A DNA stretch of 64,000 nucleotides, taken from Rhizaria sp. SCN 62-66 (taxonomy: Eukaryota). The first letter of the stretch is position 1. Each line of letters begins with the position of its first letter. Location of the stretch: NCBI GenBank assembly GCA_001724265.1, contig MEDY01000045.1, positions 1-64,000 of the forward strand, in the 5' to 3' direction. The position numbers and the translations under genes are program-made. This document shows, piece after piece, positions 48,001 to 58,832 of this stretch. The notes under the pieces were generated by a model. That model was not told the origin of the DNA. It ran no database searches and saw only the letters and a program-made list of their open reading frames with translations.

Positions 48001-50699
48001 CAGCCTGGACCGAGGCCACGCGCTCCAACGACGCCGCCGCCATGGCGCAGCTTCAGGAGATGCTCTTCGGCGCCCGCAAGCTCAATAACAACGCTGCTCC
48101 CGCTGCTGCGCCTGCCGCGGCGGCGGTGGACAGTCCGACGGTCAAGGCGGAGCGCAACGTCCAGCAGCAGGTGCAGGCTATCCTCCAACTGCAGCAACAG
48201 CAGCAACAGCAGCAGATGACCCAGCAGCAGCAGCAACAGGTCAAGTCCGAGCCCGGTGCCGCCGATCAGTCCGGCGGGTTCGCGGCCAAAGACCCCGCGG
48301 GCGCGACGCCGTCGTGCGTCGTCTCTCCCGCCACCGTCACGCGGCCCCTCGTCTCCGCCGCGGCCACCGCCAGCCCGGGCCACACGGCCGCGCCTGCCGG
48401 CGGCGCCGTGGCCCCCTCGGCCGAGAGCGCTCAGACCGCGGAGGAGCTGGCAGCCGTGGCGGCGTCGCCCGCGGCGGAGCAGGCGCGCGAGATGCTCCGC
48501 GCGATGCTCAGCGCACAGGTCCCGCTGCACGCGGCGCTGACGGCGCTGCAGTCGTCGGGCCTGCCCTGCTCGGACCTTGCGCTGGGGCTGCCTGAGGGCA
48601 CGCTCGCCGCCGTGAGCAACATTAGAGCGTCCACCGGCAACGCCAACACCGCCGGCGGCTCCGCTGCATCCAACCAGTCGTCGTCTTCGCTGGGCGGGGA
48701 CACGGACTCAGCCCTGTCGCCCTCCGCGGGGCCAGAGATGACCCGCTCCGGCTCCGGCGCGGGCTCCCCTGGCGTCTCGCTGCCGGCCTCGACCGTGCCC
48801 AGCGCCTCGCTCCACTCACGCAGCACGATAAGCGCCACAAGCTACTACAACAACGGCACCGGCAACGGGTCCAACGGCGGCGCGAGCGGGTTCGCGCTGT
48901 CGCCGTCGTCTGCGGCGCCCTCGGCCGTGACGGACTTGACGCCGCTGACGGCGCTGCGCTCGCTGCCGCCCGTGGCTGCGGCCGCCGCGGGCGCGCTGCC
49001 GCAGCCGCTGCCCGCGGCAGAGGCCGACGCGCTCGCTGCCGCCGTGCCCGAGCCGCTCTGCGCGCGCCTCGCGGGGCAGTCTGCCCTCCTCAGTCTGCTG
49101 GCCAACGGCACTTTCGCGGCGGCGGCCCACGCGGCCGCGCTGCCGGAGGCGCTGCGGGCGCAGATCTTCGCGCGGCCCTTCCCGGCGCGCGCGGCGCTGT
49201 GCCACTGCCCGGCCCCGGCCGACGGGGGCGCAGCGGCTGCGCACGACCAGTGCTGCCGCATCGCTCTCTGTGACGGCGACAACAGCTCCGTGAATGGCAA
49301 GGATCTGATCCCGGCGCTGCCGCAGCCATCTGCCGCGCTGGCCGCCGCCATGGCTACGCGGCCCGTGCTGCGCCGCCTCTGGGACGCGCGCTTCGGGGCC
49401 CACTGTGACGAGAGTAGGATGACTGCGGAGTCGATTGCGCACGCCTTGACACTCGTCGACGGCTGCAACTGGGCCCCCGAGTTCACTGCTTTCCTCGGTA
49501 CCGTTGTCAACGCCAGCGACGCGACCAGCGACGCTGATGCCGCTGGCTCTGGCGCGGTGGATCTGCGCAAGTTCTCTGCACAGGAGTGGATACACGTTCT
49601 CACCGCTACACACGGCCTTAACAAGTCCAGTCTCACCAACAACCGCAATGACACCGCGATTGCTGAGCCGACTGCAGCTGAGCTGACCGCCGAGTCGCCC
49701 GAGTCCGTGACCTGGGCGCTCGCGCTCATGGGCCTCGCCGCCCCCGACGCCATCGCCGCCGTCGCCGCCGCCGTTGCCGACAGTGATGGCAGCGACGCCG
49801 ACGCAGCGGCCGCGCTGGCCGCGCTAGCCGACGCCGCCGCGGTCACGGGCGTAGAGCTGGCCACCGCGCGCTGCCTGCCGGGCCGCGCGCCCGACACTGT
49901 GTCGACCTTCACTGCGCCCGTGTACCTCGACGGCGAGCTCTACAGCGGCGTCGCACACGCGCTCGCCTTCACCGCGCCCGGCAGCAACAATGCTAACGGC
50001 GATGGCAACCTCGCTGGCGCCGTGGTTGCGACATTGCCGGGCGCTGTGGTTGCGGACTGCGCGGCCAACGCTGACCTCGCGGCTGAGGTCGGCGCGGTCG
50101 CGGCGCTGTGCACGGAAGTCAAGCCGCTGCACGCGGTCATGCGTTCTTTACGCGTGACTGCCTACCCGGTGTACCACGACAGCCCCTCGGCGTCTGCGCG
50201 CCGCGGCCTGACATCATCGCAGCCGTCCCAGCCCCAGGGCCACAGCCAAAATCACAGTCGTAGCGGTTTCCTCGCCCTTGGTGTCAGCGACGGCGACGGC
50301 GAGCAGCTCGAGCAGGAGCTGACGGGCTCGGCCAGCAAGCGCGCGCGCTCCCTGGCGGATCCCAGCGTTGGCGACAACGGCTACGAGGACGGCGACGCGG
50401 CTGAGACCGAGGCCGACGGCGACGACGGCGAGGCCGACGTGCAGCTCGACGCCCCGCGCCGCGTGGCCTTCTACGCGCTCTCCGTGTCCTACCTTGACTG
50501 GGCGCCCGCCAAGGCCGCGCTCGCGCGCACTCTGGCCCGCGCCGCCGGGCTCTGCGACAAGGCGGCCGCCGCACACGCTCTCGCTGGTGACTATGGGGCC
50601 GGGTCGGAGTGGGTGCCCACGCACGTCTCTGCGGTGCTTAAGTTCGAGCCGGGCCAGCCGCTGGTGGACCTAGCGCGCGCGTTCGTCCCGCTACTGTAA
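45044..50699 (+). CDS. Ala/Gln/Ser-rich protein (~1822 aa, 2 exons) with a Cys/His putative zinc-binding module; possible transcriptional regulator
   Basis: Exons 45044-46519 and 46707-50699 (intron GTGCGT..CTAG, phase 0). VCYICKQ...ICARHYHL motif and basic ERKRR segment; ends TAA. Confidence 0.7.
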
Positions 50700-53680
50700 G
50701 TAGCAAAAGCGGAGGCAAATGCAACCGCTATCTTGTGGTCACAGTCGGTCATCATTCACACACGAATCGACGTTTTTTTTTATCACTGCTTCTATCGGCA
50801 TTGATGTCATAGATTACTAAGCTCTTTACGATCCTCGCGCCCTCTCGATCACGCTTCCTAATTCTTAGACTCTCTTTCACAGTCGCAACATAGCTGCACG
50901 TTCATTAGATCCCTACGTGCTTTGTTTTGGACTTCTTCCCCGTCGCATGTTTGCCATAATCGTTCCTCAGGTTTGTCGCTTCAATTTGCGACAGAGGCTG
51001 TTATATTTGTCTGCTGTTGCCTCCGCAACTACGACATGACAGACACCATCGGCGATGACTTACTGCTCTCGGCGTCGTCCACGACCAGATCCTTCTCTTT
51101 TTTCAATGATTTGTTTCTGTCTTCTGCTCTGAAGTTCAGCACAATCGACCATCCCCCGTTCTTTTCTTTTTAATCATCCACCTCATTCATTCTCTCTTTC
51201 GTTTTCATTTATTTTTTCATGTCAAGCCTCGAATTATGCATCTTGTGCCTCCCCTTGTGAGTTTTGTCGCATGTCTGTTTTTATTTTTCTTCTTCGTTAT
51301 TCATGAGACCAATAACCATCAAGGAACACATGCTTTCTGTTCATTATTTCTCTCTTTGAGCTTTGCTCTGTTTCATAACAACTCCTCTGTCATCGTCTCT
51401 GTTTCTAAGTCTTGTTGTTTTTTGCTTCTCCGTCTCTTTGTTTGTCTGTTTTTGTGGATAATTACTCCGAGTACAGTTTGGTGTTTCAAACGCGAAGCAA
51501 CGCTGATGTGAATATTGCTAATGTCGTCCGCATTCCTTTCTATGATCATTGACGACTCTGTGTGTTGGTTCTGCTGTGTCTGCGTGCGCTATTCACTGAC
51601 GTTGGATTCAGCCACTTTTGTCTCTCGTGACATTATGCCATTTTCGATTGCTACTGCCGCTACTTTTGTCACCCTCATTCCTATCGTCTCCACCAACATC
51701 AACTTTGTCAACGTTTTCAGTCTTGCAGTCTTTTGTTCCACTGTTACGTACTTGCCTGAGCCGTTTTAGTCATTCTGATTCTCACACCTTTTCACTGATA
51801 TCTTTCCTTTTTGTCGATGTTTCTGTCTCTTTGCTTGTCATTCATTTTATCGCTTGTTGCTCTGTTAGATTTTGCCTTGTCTTGTCTTGTTTTTTTGCTC
51901 GTTTGTCCCTCCTCTTGCATCCTCACCTCGACGGTGCGAAGGTTAAATAATATGCCCTTGTCATTTCATCTCCGATTTAGCTTGCTTTCTGTGCGCGTAT
52001 GTGCTGTCCAACGCTCTCTGTTCGTGACAACTACACAAACACTGTTTCATCGAAGGGTCGCTTGTTTTGTGCCTCGTAACTTACTCCTCTTGTATTTTTG
52101 GGTATCAAACTCAACTAATGTGTGTTTCTTTTCCTCAAAGCGAGACCAACAACGACGAAAGCTAGTCAGCAACACCATCAACCGCAGCGTTTTAGTCTCT
52201 CCTCTGTGGCTGCATTTCTGTTGTTTCTTTGTTGTGTTCGTTTTCCTTAGGGATTGAGCCGCGTCCCCTCTGGCGTTGTTTTGTCATATCCATCCGCCTG
52301 TCTGTCTTTTCACATACGTTCTTAACTCATTAAGCTCGCGTTTTCATTCACCCGCTCTCTTTCGCGCGAGCGCCCGTTGTCATATTATCTGCTCCTATTG
52401 CATCAACGTATTTTTACAGCAGCGTGCAGCCCCTCGTTGTATTACGCGTCCTCACAGCATTATTCCCCGCTGTTCCGGCACGACGCGTTTCCATCACTTC
52501 ATTCCGCTGCTTCTGTTGTTGCTTTTGCTGTCACTGGCGCTGCCATGTTCTCTATTCTTCCTTCATCCCGTTTAGCTCCTTCCCTTAGTGAACTGTTACT
52601 CCATTTTTCGTGACGGATTACACTCCACAGATTGTGTATCAGTGGGTCGTGTATTCATTATTGACAGTAGACTTGTATGGACCATCATTTGCGGCGCTTC
52701 CTTCTTTCACTCTCGCCCGCACACAAACGTCTTTTTTTTTCTTTACGACGAATCTTTTTTTCGCTCTAACATGGTGTTTCGTTTTCGCATGCGCTTGCAT
52801 CTGTAAGTGTTTACCGCGGAGCTGTGTCACGCTCATGTTATTTTCTGGCTTTGTTATTGTCTCGTTTTGTTTTGTTTTATTCATTCATTTACTCAGTTGG
52901 ATTTTCAGTCACCAGGTTGTTGTTGATGCTAAGCTTGCTTGCATTCCATGCGTTTTCTCAGGACCCCACACAGCGCAGCGCACTCACTTGCGCGCTCACT
53001 TGCTGGCCCCTGAAGACGCGCATAACCAATGCGTTGATTGCCCGCGGTCGTTAATGCTTCGTCACAACACGACAACACTCACCACATTATCACAGAAGAA
53101 ATCATTCTCTTTTACAATCAACCCTCCATTCACTATCTTTCATGTCGCAGACTCTCTGGGCTGCGACTGTTACTATGACTACGAATACTACATCTACCAC
53201 GCTTACGAACCGACTCGTTGTTTGTGTAGTTACTCACTCTCATCCGTGCAGTGCTTTGCCTTGCCAGCCTGCTGCTGCTCGTGACCAGATCTCAGTAACG
53301 CAGTACACAAACAACACAACACACGCTTTTGTCTTATTGCTCGTAGCAATGATGCACTGTCCGGTTTTAGGTTCATTAATGTTCTAGTCGACCAACGTTG
53401 GTTGTTTTATCATTGCTACTTGTTTCATTGTTTCGCTACTTGCATTAAAAAAATCTTCCTCCGTTCAAATGAAGCTTTGTCTCTCCGCCGTTTCTCCCAG
53501 TGTTTCTCTGTGTCTCTGAGACCCATTTTCATGTGCGTGTCTGTATGAGTTGTTCTATCGCGCATCTATCGCACATCCTGTGAATTGACCACATGCACTT
53601 TTGATTTTTTTTACTAACTTTCTTTATCTTGGTCATACATTGTCTGTAACATCCTATTTCATTAGCTTTTTGCTATTATT
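50700..53680 (+). other. Long T/pyrimidine-rich non-coding tract, probable extended 3'UTR of the upstream gene
   Basis: Strong T>A strand skew starting after the TAA; only spurious Phe/Leu/Val/Cys-rich ORFs. Confidence 0.5.
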
Positions 53681-54402
53681 CCTCGCTAACATGGATTAAA
53701 TTGGCATTTTTGCGATGTAATATGAAACGATATGTATTATATTCCAATTTTACTTGGATATCATATTTCTCGTTGGCGTAGAGCTTGGTTTTAACCTTCT
53801 TACTACAAGCTGACCGATTAGTGACCGTGAGCAGAACGGGTTTTTCGGTCCCGCGGCTTGAAACCACCACAACAGCAGCCACCAGTGAGTGAGGAGGTCT
53901 CCTCTCTGGCGACGTAGGGTGATCTATGATTGGCTGGCAGATGCTTTGTGTGTCATGTGTTGCGCATTTACGTAGATATTATGATGGAAATGATGTGTTT
54001 TAGCTGTTGGTTTATTTGCGGCGCGTCGCTGGGGCGTGTATATGCTCGGCGAGCACGTCGCTTTGAGCTCATGAAGCTTGGTGTAGCCTTTCGTCTTTTG
54101 TGGTGAATCTACATTTCACGCCCCTGCGCGCCGTTTCCCGAGCCGATAATATATGCAGCTGTGACAACACGATGTTTTTACAGGCTAATTTAAAGCGCTG
54201 TTCTTCTAGCGGAGTTCTATCTGCGCTACGATCCTGCTTTGTGAACAGCGTTTCTGAGGGCAACTGGTTCGACGAGCTGTGTCTTATTTTCTTTCTGTAG
54301 TCACCCACCATGATCAATCCTTGCGGCCATATCTGGATTTTTGTGTCTCACCTAGTCTATATCTATTTTCTCCTCTGTTTCCTTCCACAGTGACCTTTCG
54401 CA

Positions 54403-55023
54403 ATGGCCCAGGCCCGGAAGAAGATTGTGCTCAAGATCATCATTCTCGGTGATGCCGGCGTTGGCAAGACTTCCCTCATGAAGCAGTACGACAAGAAGCT
54501 TTTCTCCAACCAGTACAAGGCCACCATTGGTGCCGACACTGTCCGCAAGGAGATCACCATCGATGACAAGGCTGTTACTCTCCAGATCTGGGACACTGCT
54601 GGTCAGGAGCGTTTCCAGTCGCTCGGTATGGCCTTTTACCGTGGTGCCGACGCCTGCATGCTCGTCTACGACGTCACTGATTCGCGCTCCTTCGACTCGC
54701 TCGAGTCGTGGATGGATGAATTTATTGTCCACGCTAATCCCCGCAACCACGACTCGTTCCCCTACGTCGTCATCGGCAACAAGAGCGATCTCTCAGCGCG
54801 CCGCCAGGTCCAGAAGGCCAAGGCCGTGACCTGGTGCAAGAATAAGGGCGCTCACATCCAGCACTTCGAGGCCTCCGCCAAGGATGCCGTCAACGTCGAG
54901 GCCGCCTTCCTGGCCGTCGTGCGCCAGGCCATCGCGCAGGACGCTGCCAAGCCCGACATCGTGATTCCCGTGCTTAACGTCAAGGAGCAGCCCCAGGCCG
55001 AGGACACCGGTTGCTCGTGCTAA
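54403..55023 (+). CDS. RAB7: Rab7 small GTPase (206 aa, intronless CDS)
   Basis: RKKIVLKIIILGDAGVGKTSLM, FSNQYKATIGAD, WDTAGQERFQSLGMAFYRGAD, FPYVVIGNKSD, FEASAK, C-terminal CSC prenylation motif then TAA. Confidence 0.97.
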   Translation: MAQARKKIVLKIIILGDAGVGKTSLMKQYDKKLFSNQYKATIGADTVRKEITIDDKAVTLQIWDTAGQERFQSLGMAFYRGADACMLVYDVTDSRSFDSLESWMDEFIVHANPRNHDSFPYVVIGNKSDLSARRQVQKAKAVTWCKNKGAHIQHFEASAKDAVNVEAAFLAVVRQAIAQDAAKPDIVIPVLNVKEQPQAEDTGCSC

Positions 55024-55988
55024 GCGAGCAGTCCGTTCTCAGTGCGCTAGGTAGCGCCGCGCCCGCTGTGTACCAACACTCTACTAGCATCACGCGGGTG
55101 ATAGCTATATGGGCGACCTTGCCCGCCAACGAACGCAGCAGTGAGCGCTTGAGACGCCGTCATACTCACTGGTGACGGCTCTCGGCGACGTTCACGTTTG
55201 CGCCGCCGCTTTTCTTGCAGTTGCGGTTGTTTTTGCCGTTGATGATACGCATTTCCTGTCAGTCTTGGCATCTTTTGTCAACGAAGAACGATGCTGCATT
55301 GCACACAACAACCGCACACTCGCACACTCGCACACTCGACACCGTTGTTGGTTCCTGTACTACAGCGCAGTCGTGTAGCTCTCATATGTAAGCACTTAAT
55401 GATAAAGATTGTGAGAGAAAGAGGCATTGAATTGTCGGCAACGATGGTGGTGAGGTTAGTGACGGCGAAACGAAGGATGATTGAAGTCATAAGTTGGTTT
55501 GAAAGAAAAAAACTTCTTTATAGATCATGTCCGTAACAACAGCTGAGACTGAGCACGAGGTTGTTTGTGTTGTTCTGCAGCACGAATAATAACTCAGAAC
55601 GCGATTATTTTCAATACATATACATACCAATAGTCACCCTACACCAATTACTCCCCATATATTTCAGAATATCCAAGCTCATGCCTTCAACTCGATTTGT
55701 TCATGATTGTGACTGCTTGCATTAACAGGAAGGATATGGGGAGGACGATGCAATAAATGACAGATTAAACACAAGACACGCGACCAACCAGAACGAATGA
55801 CGAAACGAACAAAAAGGTGGGCCTCCAGTAAGGCTACACATCAAAATCTAAGTAAGCGAGGAGGGTTCGTTCAGACTTCAACACACTCTCAACACTGGTT
55901 CTGCACGCATTGGAACCACAGGCATTAATCCACGCATGATTTGAGTATTAATTAGTGAGAAACAAACAATATCTGATCAACGGATAAC

Positions 55989-58223
55989 TTAGCTCCGGTT
56001 GTTTGACGAGAGCAGCTTCGAAGCCAGCTTGAGGTCACGCTGCTTGCGCGCGCTCTTGCCGTTGGCCCGTGTGCTGATGTCGTCTTCGTCCTCGTCATCG
56101 TCGTCATCGTTGTCGGAGCCATACTGAGCGACAGAGCTGCGGCGGCCCAGCGTCGCGTCAGTCGCCATGGCCGTGCTGTCGTTGCTGGCAGCGTTTGTGG
56201 CAGTGTTCGTGCTGGTGTTGACGCGACTGGGGGCTTGCGAGCCCGCGCCTGCCACAACCGCCGCAGTGGAGTTGGTGTCGTCGCCGCTAGGGCTGCCGCT
56301 GCCTCTGCCATTGCCACTGCCGCTCGCATTCGCGCTGGCACTGGCACTAGCACTAGCTTTGGCACTGCCTGGCGCTGTGGCCTTGCCTGTCTTCGCACGG
56401 CTCCCCTCAGTCGTCTTGTTGGTAATGCTGTTGCTGTTGCTGGGGGTGTCGTTGCCGGCGGTGCTGCGGACAGTACCGCGCGCGCCACTGCGGAACGCGG
56501 TCGCAGCGACGGCGTTCTCGACGTCTTGGCCCCCGTCCGCGTCGTTGTCGACGGCGCTGGCCACGCCGCGGTTGCTGGCTCTGATGCTCGTGTTGCGGCC
56601 GGTGATGTCGTCGTCCTCGTCGATGCCGTTGAGAATCGCGCCCCCAACGCCGTTGCCGCTGCCACTGCCGGAGTCGTTGCCGTCCTCCGGCGTCGAGGCC
56701 GTGATGACGGAGCCGAAACCGCGCGACGCAGTCTTCTCCGTGAAGGTCATAAGCCAGAGCAGACAGCCCAGCGCGGCGGCCTCAACCCCAATCAGCGAGG
56801 CGAAGCCGGGCGCCGAGGAGAGGTCCGTCCCGGCCGCGAGCGGGATCAGGCGCACCACGGTGAAGTAGACGATGAAGATGACGAAGAGCGGCGTGTAGAA
56901 CTCGACCGCGCCCACGGGCGCCTGCGCGGAGGATCCCCCCGCGCCGCCCAGCCCCACGGCCGCGGCGGAGCTGGAGATCGACTCGGAGAACCGGCGCAGG
57001 GGCCCGCCGGCAGCACGCTGCTGCTGCTGCTGCTGCTGCAGATGAGCGTGTGCCTGCGCGCCGTTGCCGAGAGCGTTGATGCTAGCGCCGGCGGGAACCG
57101 GGGAGCCGCCGACGCCGGCCGCGGCGCTGCCGTTGGCGTCGCCGGGCGCGTCGGCGAGGTCGTCGGGGAAGTCCGCCTGGAGCGCGTTGCCGCTCTGTGC
57201 GGCGTCATCGCTGGACGGCAAGAGCACGGCCTCGCGACGAGAGGTCTTGAGCTGCCACAGCGGCAGCACGGCGACGACGCAGACTGTAAGCGTAGCCGCC
57301 GTGCAGAGCGAGGACCAGGTCGCGGCGAAGGCGTCCTCGCGCGGGTAGATGGCGTGCGCTGTGGACAGAGACACGACAGAGACGAAGAGCGCGAGCAGCA
57401 GCAGCCACATGTCTTTCGGCAAGTAGGCGCGCGCGCAGGCGAGCCCGTAGGCCGAGAGCGCAACAACCGAGACGTACATGGCGATGTCAAGCACCTTGAC
57501 GGTGATGCGCAGCCCATCGTGCGGCAGGTTGCGGTCCCGGTACATGAGCGCGATGGCGTCGACGATAAGCGACACGGCCTTGCAGCCGGCGATGAGCGTA
57601 ATAGCGGCGTGCACGCGCCCCCAGGAGGGCACGAAACGGAGCAGGTAACCAATCCAGCTCCCAAAGAGCACGGCGTAGAGCACGCCAAGGGTGAGAGAGA
57701 CTGGCGGCATGTGCGACAGGTTCGCGGGCAGGTGGCTGGGCGCCCAGTTGATGATGTTAAAGGCGGTCTTTTCGCGGATCACGAACGAGATCTGCGTGTT
57801 GGGCGTGCAGTTCGACACGTAGACGTAGTAGCGACCGGCGACGGTAAAGGGCACGTGCACGCGTACACTGTCCCACTGGTAGAGCTGGCTGAACTCCTGC
57901 ACGACCATCTTGGTGTGCAGCAGAGTGCGCGCGCGGTGCAGGCAGGACTTGGCGTAGAAGGGCTCGTCTGCGGGCACGACGACGAGCGCGAGGTCGATGC
58001 GGCCCGTGGGCGCGCCCGGGTACGCGAGTTCAATGTCGGTGATCTCCACGGTGAGCGTGCCGCCCGGTGAGAAGAGGAAGTCGAGCAGAGGCGTGTTGGC
58101 GAGCTGCGAGAACACGCGCTTCTCCGTCGCGCCGGCCGCGGCGGCAGCGGTCGCGACGCCGGGGAGCAGCGCGAAAACCGCACACAGCACAAACGCAAGC
58201 AGAACAAATGGTGTGCGACACAT
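55989..58223 (-). CDS. Signal-peptide 7TM protein, GPR107/GPR108 (lung seven-TM / GOST) family-like, long acidic/Ser tail
   Basis: N-terminal signal peptide, luminal domain with GRYYVYVSNCTPNTQISF, then HLPA and about seven hydrophobic helices; ends TAA. Confidence 0.65.
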   Translation of the reverse strand: MCRTPFVLLAFVLCAVFALLPGVATAAAAAGATEKRVFSQLANTPLLDFLFSPGGTLTVEITDIELAYPGAPTGRIDLALVVVPADEPFYAKSCLHRARTLLHTKMVVQEFSQLYQWDSVRVHVPFTVAGRYYVYVSNCTPNTQISFVIREKTAFNIINWAPSHLPANLSHMPPVSLTLGVLYAVLFGSWIGYLLRFVPSWGRVHAAITLIAGCKAVSLIVDAIALMYRDRNLPHDGLRITVKVLDIAMYVSVVALSAYGLACARAYLPKDMWLLLLALFVSVVSLSTAHAIYPREDAFAATWSSLCTAATLTVCVVAVLPLWQLKTSRREAVLLPSSDDAAQSGNALQADFPDDLADAPGDANGSAAAGVGGSPVPAGASINALGNGAQAHAHLQQQQQQQRAAGGPLRRFSESISSSAAAVGLGGAGGSSAQAPVGAVEFYTPLFVIFIVYFTVVRLIPLAAGTDLSSAPGFASLIGVEAAALGCLLWLMTFTEKTASRGFGSVITASTPEDGNDSGSGSGNGVGGAILNGIDEDDDITGRNTSIRASNRGVASAVDNDADGGQDVENAVAATAFRSGARGTVRSTAGNDTPSNSNSITNKTTEGSRAKTGKATAPGSAKASASASASANASGSGNGRGSGSPSGDDTNSTAAVVAGAGSQAPSRVNTSTNTATNAASNDSTAMATDATLGRRSSVAQYGSDNDDDDDEDEDDISTRANGKSARKQRDLKLASKLLSSNNRS

Positions 58224-58832
58224 TATTGAGAGATAACGGGACTGGTTGTTAAGACCAGGGCCGAGGAAGCAGAGCTGGTAGGACGAGTTGGGTTCCAGGT
58301 CTTAAAGATACAAGGAGAGATAGAGTCAGGTGCAGCGCGTGTGAGGCAAAGTGGGACTGTGAGAGTTCTTTTTGGAAATTTCAAAGTATGGCTCGATTGG
58401 ACTCGGGATTATGTGTGTGGGGTTGTTGACGTGAAGAGCTCCAAGAGAGCGATGTAGGAGAGACAACTGTGCCCATATCACTGCACTCCGAATGAATGGA
58501 TAAACACCACAAAATCTAACCTATATAATGTCCAATAAGAAACAACAACACCTGTTTGCGATTCTTTCATTACGTGTATATCTGGCATATTCGCCAGCCA
58601 AAGATGGGCCTGTTTGCGTCGGAGTCCGTTTGATGGGCACGCAGTGAGAAACGCAGTTTTAGGGTCAATCACGGATGTATTCTTGTCTGATTCAAATAAA
58701 AACAACGTATGCTATATAAACAGTTAATAAAATCACATTAATCACGTTTTACACGAAAAATATATTTGCTGCATCGATATATCTTTGCTGGAGCACGATA
58801 CATCAGTTGCGTAACAATCTGTTAAGTGCGCT

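Noticed and set aside
50922-53387. Cluster of hydrophobic Phe/Leu/Val/Cys-rich ORFs
   Set aside because: Artefact of T-rich composition; no coding-like GC bias or motifs.
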